NCBI GenBank assembly: GCA_963720755.1
Contig: CAVRGP010000015.1
Span: forward strand, 489,502 to 553,501
Source: an uncultured Chloroflexia bacterium
GTDB lineage: Bacteria > Chloroflexota > Limnocylindria > Limnocylindrales > CSP1-4
Direction: 5' to 3'
Length of the DNA stretch: 64,000 nt
The position numbers and the translations under genes are program-made. This document shows positions 9,801-19,203 of this stretch, piece by piece (the stretch's first letter is position 1; each line of letters opens with the position of its first letter). The notes under the pieces were generated by a model. It was not told the origin of the DNA and searched no databases. It worked only from the letters and a program-made list of their open reading frames with translations.

Positions 9801-10579
9801 GTGTCGCGGCTCGACTGCGGGCGATCCCGAGCTGGCAGATCACTCTCGGCGTGGCCCTCCTGGCGCTCGGCTTTCTGACCGCCGCGCAGCTTGCATCAGA
9901 AGGCCCGCGGGTCAGCTACACGACCCAGGAGCGAACCCCACTCGTCGAGACAGTCACGGAACTGCAGTCACAGCAGGATGCTCTCAAGGCCGGCATCCTC
10001 GACCTTCGCGCCCAGATCCAGGGCGTGGAGACCGAAGGCACCGGCTCGGAGGCCCTGGTCCGTCAACTCAATGCCGAACTCCAGGCGGCGCGGATCGCTG
10101 CCGGTCTGATCCCACTGACCGGTCCGGGGATCGTCATCCAACTCGAAGATTCCCAGGACCCGGTCCCGCCCGGGGGCACGGAGGCCGACTACCTGGTGAG
10201 TTCTCGCGATATCCGCGGCGTCGTGGTCGCCCTGTGGGGGGCGGGCGCGGAGGGGGTCGCGGTCAACGGGGAGCGGATCACCTCGACCTCAGCGATCATC
10301 GATGTCGGTCCGTCCGTCCTGGTCAACTCGGCGTACCTGACCCTGCCGTACCAGATCACGGCCCTCGGTCCGCCCGACCTGTATCAGCACCTCAGCAGCA
10401 ACCCGGCGTTCATCGACTTCCTGCGGGCACGGAGCGATGGTTACGGGATCCGGGTGTCGCTCGCGGAGCCGGAGTCGGTGGACATGCCTGCCTTCGCCGG
10501 GACGATCACTCTGCGCTACTCCCGTCCGATCGCCTCGCCCAGTGCCGGGCCATCCAGCTCGCCGGACGGGGGAGGCTGA
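9797..10579 (+). CDS. DUF881 family protein (YlxW/YlxX-like)
   Basis: N-terminal TM, coiled coil, AGLIPLTGPGIVIQLED and GAEGVAVNGERITSTSAI. Confidence 0.85.
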   Translation: MSVAARLRAIPSWQITLGVALLALGFLTAAQLASEGPRVSYTTQERTPLVETVTELQSQQDALKAGILDLRAQIQGVETEGTGSEALVRQLNAELQAARIAAGLIPLTGPGIVIQLEDSQDPVPPGGTEADYLVSSRDIRGVVVALWGAGAEGVAVNGERITSTSAIIDVGPSVLVNSAYLTLPYQITALGPPDLYQHLSSNPAFIDFLRARSDGYGIRVSLAEPESVDMPAFAGTITLRYSRPIASPSAGPSSSPDGGG

Positions 10580-10581
10580 CC

Positions 10582-11256
10582 GTGCGCCGGATGCGGAGCC
10601 AGATCGCCATCGCCCTCGTGACCGTCATCCTCGGGTTGCTCGTGGTCGTTCAACTGCGCTCGCAGGCGGGCCCGACCGGGCTTGCCCAGCTGTCGTCGCA
10701 GGATCTCACCGTCCTCGTCGCCAACCTCAACGCGCGGAACGACCAGCTGCGGCGCGAGACGGCCACGCTTGATCGGGAACTGGCGACGCTGGTCCAGAAT
10801 CGGGCGAAGGGTGGAGCGTCCGTGACCGAGATCGGCGCCGATCTCGACCGGGTGCGCGCCTACGCAGGCCTTGACCCGGTCGGCGGGCCGGGAGTGAAGA
10901 TCGCCGTCCGCGGCCCCATCGACGCTGCCGGCGTCGAGGAGTTGCTCAATGAGTTGCGCAACGCCGGAGCCGAGGCGATCGGGGTCGGCGGCGTGCGAGT
11001 CGTCACCGGAGTGATCGCCGTCGGTGGCGCCGGTGTCGTCGAGGTCGAGGGCGTCCGCCTCGGGACCAGTTTCGACATCGACGCGATCGGGGCGCCCGAC
11101 AAGCTGACCGGCTCGCTGACCCGGTCCGGTGGGGTCGTCGCCCAGCTCGCTGCCACATTGCCGGACGTCACCCTGACCGTGACGCCGATGGATCGGCTGG
11201 AGCTGCCGGCGACCGATCGGACGCTCGTACCGGCGCATGGCAGCCCGCGGCTTTGA
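10582..11256 (+). CDS. DUF881 family protein (second paralogue)
   Basis: N-terminal TM, AGLDPVGGPGV and LNELRNAGAEAI. GGAGG lies upstream of the GTG. Confidence 0.85.
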   Translation: MRRMRSQIAIALVTVILGLLVVVQLRSQAGPTGLAQLSSQDLTVLVANLNARNDQLRRETATLDRELATLVQNRAKGGASVTEIGADLDRVRAYAGLDPVGGPGVKIAVRGPIDAAGVEELLNELRNAGAEAIGVGGVRVVTGVIAVGGAGVVEVEGVRLGTSFDIDAIGAPDKLTGSLTRSGGVVAQLAATLPDVTLTVTPMDRLELPATDRTLVPAHGSPRL

Positions 11257-11271
11257 TAGGCTGGGCCGCCC

Positions 11272-11538
11272 ATGTCTGACCTGCCGGTACTCACGCTGCT
11301 CCTCGGCGACGTCGTCCGTCTCCGGAGGCGCCACCCATGCGGAGGCACCGATTGGTTGGTCGATCGGGTCGGCGCGGATATCGGGCTTCGCTGCGTGACC
11401 TGCAGCCGACATGTGCTGCTTGAGCGACGTACGGTGGAGCGTCGGATCCTCGCCTTCGTGTCACGGGGTGACCCTGTCGTGACCGCCGCGGTGGCACATG
11501 CAAGCGGACCAGCCTCTGACGACGGCGCTCGCGGGTGA
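11272..11538 (+). CDS. DUF951 family protein
   Basis: GDVVRLRRRHPCGG...RVGADIGLRCVTC signature. Confidence 0.85.
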   Translation: MSDLPVLTLLLGDVVRLRRRHPCGGTDWLVDRVGADIGLRCVTCSRHVLLERRTVERRILAFVSRGDPVVTAAVAHASGPASDDGARG

Positions 11539-13046
11539 CCGCCGCCACCCTGAGCCCCGAACCGGCCGAGACCGGGCCGCTGGCCGCCTTCCGCAACGGC
11601 GGGTTCCTGCGGCTCTGGCTGTCGCAGGTGACCACCCAGGTCGGCGGGAACATGGTCCTGTTCGGGCTGACCGTGATCGTCTTCAACTCGACGAAGTCGA
11701 ACACCGCGGTCAGCTTCCTGGTCCTGACCTTCCTGGTCCCGGCGGTCCTGTTCTCCGCGGTGGCCGGGGTCTACGTGGACAGGATCGACCGCCGGCTGAT
11801 CCTCATCACGACGAATGTCCTGCGCGGCGCGGCCTTCATCGCGCTCTACCTCGCCGGCACCAACCTTGCCCTCATCCTGGTCCTCAACGTCCTCGTCTCG
11901 ACGTTCACGGTGTTCTTTGCACCTGCCGAGTTGGCGATGATCCCGGTCCTCGTTCCTCGTGAGCAGCTGCTGGCAGCCAACGGGATCTTCACCCTGACCT
12001 TGAATGCCGCGTTCGCCCTCGGATTCGCCCTGCTCGGTCCGTTGGTCGTGAACGTCGCCGGCCCCGAGGCGGTGATCATCGTGGTCGCCGGGCTGTACTT
12101 CCTCGCCGCGGTGTTCTGTTTCACGCTCCCGGCATCGCCACCACCGCCATCGACCGCTTCCGAGCCGCACAGTGGGCTCGGGGTCGGTGAGGCCGAACGC
12201 GCGGTCGGATCGACGTTCGTCCAGTTGCGCGAGGGCTTTGCCTATATCCGGGCGAACCGGTCGATCACCTGGTCCCTGATCTACCTCGCGGTCACGGCTT
12301 CGCTGGTCGGTGTCCTTGGCGTCCTTGGGCCGGCCTTTGCGCAGGACACGCTGGGCCTCGAAGCGAAAGACTTCGCGGTCGTCGTTCTGCCGCTCGGGTT
12401 CGGGATCGTGACCGGGATCCTCTTGCTCAATTCCTATGGCCGCTACTTCCACCGCCGCAGGGTCATCGAGGGGGCGATGATCGCCCTCGGGATCCTGCTC
12501 GCGGCACTGTCCACAGCCGGTCCGATCAGCCGGTTTCTGCAGCGGGCGGACCAACCCGGTGGCATCGACCTGTCGACGGTCACCTCGCTGCTGGCGGTCG
12601 TCGTCGTCATCGCGTTCTTCGCCGGCATCGCTTATGGGTTGGTCGCGATCCCGTCGCAGACCCAGCTCCAGGAGGACCTGCCCGAGGACGTCCGGGGGCG
12701 CGTGTTCGGCGTCCTGGGGATGTTGGTGTCGGTGGCCAGCTTCCTGCCGATCATCATCGTCGGCCCGATCTCCGACTCGGTCGGGACCACTGCGGTCATC
12801 TTCACGATGGCCATCGTGGTCCTGATCATCGGGGTCGTGTCAGTCGTGACCCGCGGGCCGTTGCGCACCACGGAAGCGCAACCAGCCAGTGACCCTGAGA
12901 CCGTCGATCCGATCGCCGCGGCGCTCGGCGCCGATCTGCCCACCTGGACCGGACACGACTCGCCCGCGACGGCTGACGGAGGGTCGCCCACGGATGCGTC
13001 CGATCTCGACCGCTCGGGCCCGGGCGACCCGACCGACCGCGACTAG
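11535..13046 (+). CDS. MFS transporter (macrolide/H+ antiporter-like, MFS_3)
   Basis: FLRLWLSQ, AGVYVDRIDRR, APAELAMIP and RGRVFG motifs, about 12 TM helices. Confidence 0.85.
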   Translation: MTAATLSPEPAETGPLAAFRNGGFLRLWLSQVTTQVGGNMVLFGLTVIVFNSTKSNTAVSFLVLTFLVPAVLFSAVAGVYVDRIDRRLILITTNVLRGAAFIALYLAGTNLALILVLNVLVSTFTVFFAPAELAMIPVLVPREQLLAANGIFTLTLNAAFALGFALLGPLVVNVAGPEAVIIVVAGLYFLAAVFCFTLPASPPPPSTASEPHSGLGVGEAERAVGSTFVQLREGFAYIRANRSITWSLIYLAVTASLVGVLGVLGPAFAQDTLGLEAKDFAVVVLPLGFGIVTGILLLNSYGRYFHRRRVIEGAMIALGILLAALSTAGPISRFLQRADQPGGIDLSTVTSLLAVVVVIAFFAGIAYGLVAIPSQTQLQEDLPEDVRGRVFGVLGMLVSVASFLPIIIVGPISDSVGTTAVIFTMAIVVLIIGVVSVVTRGPLRTTEAQPASDPETVDPIAAALGADLPTWTGHDSPATADGGSPTDASDLDRSGPGDPTDRD

Positions 13047-13055
13047 ACGCGGCTG

Positions 13056-14048
13056 ATGACGAAGATCGCGATCGTCTTCACCGGCGGGACCATCAGCACC
13101 GCCTTCGACCCGGTGGCGGGGGGCAATGTCCCGGCACTCGACGGAGCCGAGATCATCGCCAGGACACCAGGCCTCGGCGATATCGCCGATATCGTGCCGA
13201 TCGACCGTGGTCGTATACCGGCCAGCCACTTCACGTTTCCGGACCTCCTTCGGATCGCCGCGGACCTGCAAGCCGCGGTCGCCGATCCGACGATCGATGG
13301 CGCGGTCGTGGTCCAGGGCACCGATACGATCGAGGAGACCAGCTTCCTCTGGGACCTCGTCACGAGCGGTCCGAAACCGATCGTCGTGACCGGCGCCATG
13401 CGCGCGTCCGATGACCCCGCCTTCGATGGCCCGGACAATCTTCGCAATGCGGTGCGTGTCGCGGCGGCTCCATCGATGCGCGATGTCGGTGTGGTGGTCT
13501 GCCTCGGCGGGACGATCGAGGCCGCCGACGACGTGGTCAAGCTGCACACGTCCGCGCTCGACACGTTCGCGAGTCCGAATGGCGGGTCCCTCGGACGGGT
13601 GCGGGCCGCCGAAGTCATCAAGCTTCGCGAACGGAGCCCGAGGCGAGCGTTGGTCACCTCGCGGGCGGCGGAGCGCGTCCACCTCATCACGGCCACGGTC
13701 GCGATGGATGGCACACTCGTCGATGCCGCGACACGCTCCGGCGCCGATGGCATCGTCATCGCCGGCACCGGATCCGGCAACACCCACCCGTCTGTCCTGG
13801 CAGCCGCGACGAGGGCGATCGCTGCGGACATCCCGGTCGTCCTCGCGAGCCGATGTCCGGGCGGTCAGCCGGCTCCCGTCTACGCGTTCCCCGGCGGTGG
13901 GGTGACCTGGGTCTCTGCCGGGGCCATCCCGATCGGTCATCTCTGTGCCGTCAAGGCCCGGGTCGCCCTCGCACTGGGTCTCGGGGCTGGCCTCAGGCGC
14001 GACGAACTGGCAACCCTTCTCGCCGACCCGCCGGCCAGGCACCTCTGA
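13056..14048 (+). CDS. ansA: L-asparaginase
   Basis: TGGTIS, QGTDTIEET, TGAMR, DGPDNL and KLHTS motifs. Confidence 0.9.
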   Translation: MTKIAIVFTGGTISTAFDPVAGGNVPALDGAEIIARTPGLGDIADIVPIDRGRIPASHFTFPDLLRIAADLQAAVADPTIDGAVVVQGTDTIEETSFLWDLVTSGPKPIVVTGAMRASDDPAFDGPDNLRNAVRVAAAPSMRDVGVVVCLGGTIEAADDVVKLHTSALDTFASPNGGSLGRVRAAEVIKLRERSPRRALVTSRAAERVHLITATVAMDGTLVDAATRSGADGIVIAGTGSGNTHPSVLAAATRAIAADIPVVLASRCPGGQPAPVYAFPGGGVTWVSAGAIPIGHLCAVKARVALALGLGAGLRRDELATLLADPPARHL

Positions 14049-14051
14049 TCG

Positions 14052-15701
14052 ATGCCGCTTGACAGCCTGATCACCGGTCGGATCGCCACCCTCGCCGGTG
14101 AGACCGGGTTCGGCTGGGTCGAGGCGATCGGGATCCGCGACGGACGGATCGCCTTCGCCGGGACGGAAGTCGACCTCGAGACACGGGCGGATCCGTTCAC
14201 CGAGCGGATCGCGCTCGGGCCCGACCAGGTCGCCATCCCGGGGATGACCGATGCGCATCTTCATCTGGCCGCCGCTGCCGAAGCCCGCTCGCAGGTGGAC
14301 CTCAGCGATACCCGGAGTCTCGAGGAAGGTCTGATCCGGATCGGGACGGCCCACCGGGCGATCGCCGATCGAGATGCCTGGCTCCAGGGCCACGGTTGGG
14401 ACGCGGATCGCTGGGGGGCCTGGCCATCCGCCGACGACCTCGAGAGCGTGGCGCCGGGACGGCGCAGCGCACTCTGGGCGCATGACCACCACGCGCTGCT
14501 GGTGTCGCGGTCGGCGTTGGTGTCGGCCGGGTTCGACCCGCAGGCGGCGGACCCGCCCGGCGGCGTCGTCGGCCGGGCGCAGGACGGGAGGCCGGACGGC
14601 CTGTTGTACGAGAGCGCGACGAGATTCGTGTCCGTCCACCTGCCGTCGACCTGGGGTGTTGATCTGGAGGAGTCGATCCTCGCCGTCTCGGTCGAGCTGC
14701 TCGCCCTCGGGATCGTGGCCGTCCATGACCCTGGGGGCGTCGCGCCCGACCCGGACCTCGAGCGGAGCTATCCCGTGTACGCCCATCTGTCGGAGACGGG
14801 CAGACTGCCGATCCGGGTCATGGCGTCCCTGCGCGAGGAAGCGCTCCCGACCGCGCTCGCGGGCGGTCTCCGGAGCGGTGACATCCTCGGGGAGGATCCG
14901 ACGGGCCGGGCGCGAGTCGGCTGGCTGAAGTGTTTCGCAGATGGCTCGCTCGGGTCGCGGACGGCCGCACTCCTCGACGATATGGAGCCGGAGCCAGACC
15001 GTCCGCTCCCACCGGAACTGCGACGCGGTCTGTGGACCACCGAGCCTCCACGACTCCGGGAGCTCGTGGAACGGGCAGCTGCGGGCGGGATCGCCAGCCA
15101 GGTCCATGCCATCGGCGATGCTGCAGTCCGCGCCGCGTTGGACGTCCTGATCCCAACGGCCGGGCGCGTCCCCCTCATGCCAAGGGTCGAGCACGTCCAG
15201 TTGCTCGATCGGGCCGATCGCACCAGGTTCGCGGCGGGCGGGGTCGCCGCCAGCGTCCAACCGTCACACCTGGGCAGCGATGCGGCGACCGCGAGGCGGC
15301 TCTGGGGTACGCGGGCCGAGCGGGACGGCTACGCCTGGCAGTCGATCGCCGAGACCGGTGCCATCCTCGCGTTCGGGACCGATGCCCCGGTGGAATCGTT
15401 CGACCCATGGCCGGGGATCGCCCTGGCGGTTCGCCGCGAAGACCCACGCTGGCCGGCCGGGACGCCGGCGTTCGGGCCGGATCAGGCCCTCACCGTGGAG
15501 CGAGCCATCCGAGCCGCTTGCATCGACCCCGCTCGCGCGGCACGCGATGACGGTCGCGGTCGCCTGACGCTGGGGCAGAGAGCGGACGTGGTGGTGATCC
15601 CGGCTGCCGCGATCGACGAGCCGGTCGAACCCGGGGGACCGCTTGCACGTGCCCGTCCCACGATCGTGGTCGTGGACGGCCGGGTGGTCTTCGAAGCCTG
15701 A
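14052..15701 (+). CDS. Amidohydrolase (YtcJ-like, Amidohydro_3)
   Basis: PGMTDAHLH, KCFADGSLGSRTA, HAIGD, RVEHVQ and GTDAPV motifs. Confidence 0.9.
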   Translation: MPLDSLITGRIATLAGETGFGWVEAIGIRDGRIAFAGTEVDLETRADPFTERIALGPDQVAIPGMTDAHLHLAAAAEARSQVDLSDTRSLEEGLIRIGTAHRAIADRDAWLQGHGWDADRWGAWPSADDLESVAPGRRSALWAHDHHALLVSRSALVSAGFDPQAADPPGGVVGRAQDGRPDGLLYESATRFVSVHLPSTWGVDLEESILAVSVELLALGIVAVHDPGGVAPDPDLERSYPVYAHLSETGRLPIRVMASLREEALPTALAGGLRSGDILGEDPTGRARVGWLKCFADGSLGSRTAALLDDMEPEPDRPLPPELRRGLWTTEPPRLRELVERAAAGGIASQVHAIGDAAVRAALDVLIPTAGRVPLMPRVEHVQLLDRADRTRFAAGGVAASVQPSHLGSDAATARRLWGTRAERDGYAWQSIAETGAILAFGTDAPVESFDPWPGIALAVRREDPRWPAGTPAFGPDQALTVERAIRAACIDPARAARDDGRGRLTLGQRADVVVIPAAAIDEPVEPGGPLARARPTIVVVDGRVVFEA

Positions 15702-15714
15702 TCCCGCCGCGAAC

Positions 15715-17106
15715 TCAGTGTGGGCCTGGACGTGGACCCAGCTCGCGAAGGGCGTCGGCGAACAACCCGGCGAAGATCCGCGACGTCGACGGGAACGCAT
15801 GGATGGTCTCGGCCAGGACGTCGACCGGGACGTGCGCCTTGATGGCAACGACGCACTCATGGATCGCCGCCGATGCATCGGGGCAGGCCATCGCCGCTCC
15901 GACCAGCTCGCGGGTCGCTCGATCGACCACGACCGTCACGTGGCCCATCGTTGCCTGGAGGGCGTATCCACGGGTGCTCGTCGCGAAGTCGGCGACCTGC
16001 TCGAATGCGTCGAGGCCGGCAGCGACCGCCTGGTCCAGGGTCAGCCCGACCGACGACGCCTCCGGATCGGTGTAGGTCGCCCGTGGGAGTGCCCGGTAGT
16101 CGGGGGTGATGGCCTCGCCGAGCGCCATGCGGACGGCCAGCTCGCCCTGATAGTGGGCCTGATGGGTGTGGAGCTCCGGGCCGGCCGGATCGCCGATCAC
16201 CCACAGGCCATCGGAGATCCGCAGTCGCCCGTCGCGAGGCAACGGCGTTCGCCCGCTGGTGTCGATCCCGTAGTGTTCCAGGCCAAGATCCTCGATCGGA
16301 AACGCACGGCCGACCGCCAGGAGGACGGCGTGTCCCTCGACGGATGATCCATCGTCAAGGTCGATGCTGTGGGCGCCATCGTCTCCGGCGTGGGCTCGGG
16401 CACGGACGGCACGGACCCCCGTTCGAACCACGACGCCATCGCGCTCCAGGGTGGCCCGAAAGACCGCCGAGTTTCGGGGGTGGTCCGTCGGAGCGAGGCG
16501 TGGGCCCGACTGGACGATGGTCGTGGGAACCCCGAACCGCTGGAAGACCTGCGCCAGCTCACAGCCGGTCGGACCTCCGCCAAGGACGATCAGGCTGCGC
16601 GGCAGGGTCCGGGCCAGGGTCGCCTGTTCATTGGTCCACGGGTCGACCGTGTCGATCCCCTCGATCGGCGGTCGCTTCGATGTCGACCCGACCGCGATGA
16701 CGACATCCCTCGCCTGCAGGTGGTGGACGGCGCGATCGTGGTGGACGGTGACCTTGCCGCGATCGCTGATCGTCGCGACCCCGCGATAGACGGCTGCCCC
16801 GGCGTCGCGCAGGCGATCGGCATGCCCGCTGTCGTCGGGTTCGGGGGCGTCGGGCGCCCGGTTGACCATGTAATCGCGGGCTGCCGAGGCCGCGGGCCAT
16901 TCGTAGGTCTCCGGGTTCGCATGATGCCGGCGGGCGCCGTCGAGCAGCGATTTCGAGGGCAGACAGCCGATGTGCGGGCAACTGCCGCCGAACCAGCGAC
17001 GATCGACGATCGCGACCGACGCGCCGAGTTCGCGCGCCTTGTAGGCGGCAGCTTCGCCGGCCGGCCCGGCGCCGATGATGACGAAGTCGAACGTGTCCAT
17101 GTCCAT
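15715..17106 (-). CDS. Class I pyridine nucleotide-disulfide oxidoreductase (Lpd/MerA/RclA-like)
   Basis: GAGPAG, GGSCPHIGCLPSK, GGGPTG and C-terminal HAFP motifs. Confidence 0.88.
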   Translation of the reverse strand: MDMDTFDFVIIGAGPAGEAAAYKARELGASVAIVDRRWFGGSCPHIGCLPSKSLLDGARRHHANPETYEWPAASAARDYMVNRAPDAPEPDDSGHADRLRDAGAAVYRGVATISDRGKVTVHHDRAVHHLQARDVVIAVGSTSKRPPIEGIDTVDPWTNEQATLARTLPRSLIVLGGGPTGCELAQVFQRFGVPTTIVQSGPRLAPTDHPRNSAVFRATLERDGVVVRTGVRAVRARAHAGDDGAHSIDLDDGSSVEGHAVLLAVGRAFPIEDLGLEHYGIDTSGRTPLPRDGRLRISDGLWVIGDPAGPELHTHQAHYQGELAVRMALGEAITPDYRALPRATYTDPEASSVGLTLDQAVAAGLDAFEQVADFATSTRGYALQATMGHVTVVVDRATRELVGAAMACPDASAAIHECVVAIKAHVPVDVLAETIHAFPSTSRIFAGLFADALRELGPRPGPH

Positions 17107-17107
17107 G

Positions 17108-17950
17108 TCAGGTCCTCGGTCCATCGGCGGGCTCGCCGCGCTGTCGGTGGGCTTCGTACAGAAGGATGGCGGCGGTGACCGACACATTCAGGCTGTCGGC
17201 CATGCCGAGCATCGGTAGGCGGACCGCCTCGATATCATCCCCCGTCCAGGCGCCTGAAAGGCCGTCGGCCTCCGAGCCCAGCACCACCGCCAGCCGGCCG
17301 GTCAGGGTCGCGTCCGTGTAGAGGCGTGGGCCATCCACCCTGGCGGCCACGATCCGGAATGCGTGCGCCCGAAGCCAGCCAAGCACCTCGGTCGTGGTCG
17401 CGGACGCGGATGGCACGCTGAAGACGGTTCCGGCGCTGGCTCGGATCGTGTTCGGGTTATACAGGTCCGCGAGTGGATCTGCGACGACGACGGCGTCCGC
17501 CCCAACGCCGTCCGCCGTCCGCAGGACGGCACCAAGGTTGCCGGGCTTTTCGATCCGTTCGAGCACCACCACGAGGGCTGCCTCCGTGATGGGCAGGTCG
17601 GCAAGCGTGAACGTGGGAGTGGTGGCGATGGCGACGAGTCCTTCGCTGCGGTCACCATAGGCGAGCTTGGCGAACACTCCCTCGGTCGTGGGGTGGACGA
17701 TCACCGACCCAGCGGCCAGCCGATCCAGGACGGCCCGGGCGTCCGCTCCGGCCAGGCGAGCCTCACACACGAAGACTTCGACGATATCGAGGCCGGCATC
17801 GAACGCTCGGCGAACCTCACGGGCGCCATCGATCAGCGTGCGGCCCGTGCGGTCTCGCTCCCGCCGCTCGCGCAGGGCGATCGCAGTTCGCACGCTCGGA
17901 TTACTCGAGCTGGACAGGAGGGGTGGGGTGGGGGAGGCCATCACCCTCAT
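17108..17950 (-). CDS. TrmH/SpoU family RNA methyltransferase
   Basis: IEKPGNLGAVLRTA, GSEADGL and SLNVS motifs. ATG overlaps the upstream stop. Confidence 0.92.
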   Translation of the reverse strand: MRVMASPTPPLLSSSSNPSVRTAIALRERRERDRTGRTLIDGAREVRRAFDAGLDIVEVFVCEARLAGADARAVLDRLAAGSVIVHPTTEGVFAKLAYGDRSEGLVAIATTPTFTLADLPITEAALVVVLERIEKPGNLGAVLRTADGVGADAVVVADPLADLYNPNTIRASAGTVFSVPSASATTTEVLGWLRAHAFRIVAARVDGPRLYTDATLTGRLAVVLGSEADGLSGAWTGDDIEAVRLPMLGMADSLNVSVTAAILLYEAHRQRGEPADGPRT

Positions 17951-18798
17951 GATGCCCTGCCCGAGAACCTGGCGAAGGCACCAAGGTCGAGACGTCGCCC
18001 ATCCGCGGTCTCGATCGACAGATCCCCGGCCTCGACCGTGCCGTGGTTTCGATGCGTCGCGGCGCTCACCAGGCCTGCCAGACGCTCCGCTCCGAGCGAT
18101 GGTGTGTGGGCCGTGAGCAGCAGGAACCCGGCGCCGTCGAGGATGGCGGCGCAAGCAGCCAGGAGATCGGGCAGGTCGCTGTCGATCTGCCAGGCGCCGG
18201 CGCCCGGGCCATGACCGTAGCTCGGCGGATCCAGGACGATCCCGGCGTACCGACGCCCGCGCCGCGCTTCCCGCGAAACGAACGCGCGGGCGTCGTCAAG
18301 GATCCACCGGATGGGCCGGTCCGCAAGCTTGGACAGCTCCGCGTTGCGACGCGCCCAGGCGATCGTCGGGCGAGCCGCGTCGAGGTGGGTGAGGGTCGCG
18401 CCCCGTGCGGCCAGCGCGAGGGTGATGAGTCCGGTGTACGCGAACAGATTGAGGACGGCCGGGGCCGGACCGCGTTCGTCGACCCGCCCGCCAAGCCAAT
18501 CGAGGAGCGCGCCGTGTTCGGGGAAGAGGCCGACCTGGCCAGCCTCGGTCATACGTGTCTCGAACGTGAGGCCGGCGAATGACGTCGGCCACGGTGACGC
18601 CGGGGCTGCCGGACCGGACCAGCCGGCGTCTCGATCGAAACGAAGGTCCGCTGCGGACCACAGCTCGGGTCGACGCCGCGTGCCGAGGGCGCCCGGAGAC
18701 GGTCGATCGATCAACCGCCCCCCGAACCGCTCGAGCCGGGCCGCACCGCCCACGTCGACCAACACGTACCCCGGATCGTCCTGCATGCCGTGCATCAT
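17947..18798 (-). CDS. Class I SAM-dependent (rRNA m5C/RlmI-like) methyltransferase
   Basis: GLFPEH, LNLFAYTG and LDPPSYG motifs. Confidence 0.88.
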   Translation of the reverse strand: MMHGMQDDPGYVLVDVGGAARLERFGGRLIDRPSPGALGTRRRPELWSAADLRFDRDAGWSGPAAPASPWPTSFAGLTFETRMTEAGQVGLFPEHGALLDWLGGRVDERGPAPAVLNLFAYTGLITLALAARGATLTHLDAARPTIAWARRNAELSKLADRPIRWILDDARAFVSREARRGRRYAGIVLDPPSYGHGPGAGAWQIDSDLPDLLAACAAILDGAGFLLLTAHTPSLGAERLAGLVSAATHRNHGTVEAGDLSIETADGRRLDLGAFARFSGRAS

Positions 18799-18851
18799 GC
18801 ACTCGTCGGAGTATGCAGGCCCGCCATTCCACGGTAGAATGCGCGGACCTC

Positions 18852-18928
18852 GGGCGGCTAGCTCAGCTGGTTAGAGCACTTGCTTGACATGCAAGAGGTC
18901 ACTGGTTCGAGTCCAGTGTCGCCCACCA
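18852..18928 (+). tRNA. tRNA-Val(GAC)
   Basis: 77-nt cloverleaf with acceptor GGGCGGC/GTCGCCC, anticodon arm CTTGC-TTGACAT-GCAAG, T-loop TTCGAGT and encoded CCA. TAGAAT -10 at 18835-18840. Confidence 0.97.
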
Positions 18929-18956
18929 CATCCCGGCAACGAGCCGGACATATCGA

Positions 18957-19188
18957 AAGCGTCGAGCGGGACGCACCGCGCGAGGCGGACCCCCAGAGAG
19001 CCGGGTCATGGCTGCAAGCCCGACGGATCCACCCAGCAGCGGCACCACCCGCGAGTGGCCGGTGAACCGGCCCGGGCGTCGCCCGTTAGCGCGACCACGA
19101 GTGCGCCACCGGTTCGGTGGTGAAGGCGGGTGGGACCGCGGGAGTTGACCTCTCGTCCTGTCAAGGGATGAGGGGTCTTGTGATTCTC
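18957..19188 (+). promoter_or_regulatory. T-box riboswitch, Thr specifier, transcriptional type
   Basis: Stem I GCGGG/CCCGC with AGAGAG and GCTG motifs. Specifier ACC at 19044-19046. Stem II, CCGTTA motif, T-box AAGGCGGGTGGGACCGCG at 19123-19140, then a terminator hairpin at about 19147-19185. Confidence 0.9.
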
Positions 19189-19203
19189 AGGGAGGCCAGC
19201 CAG

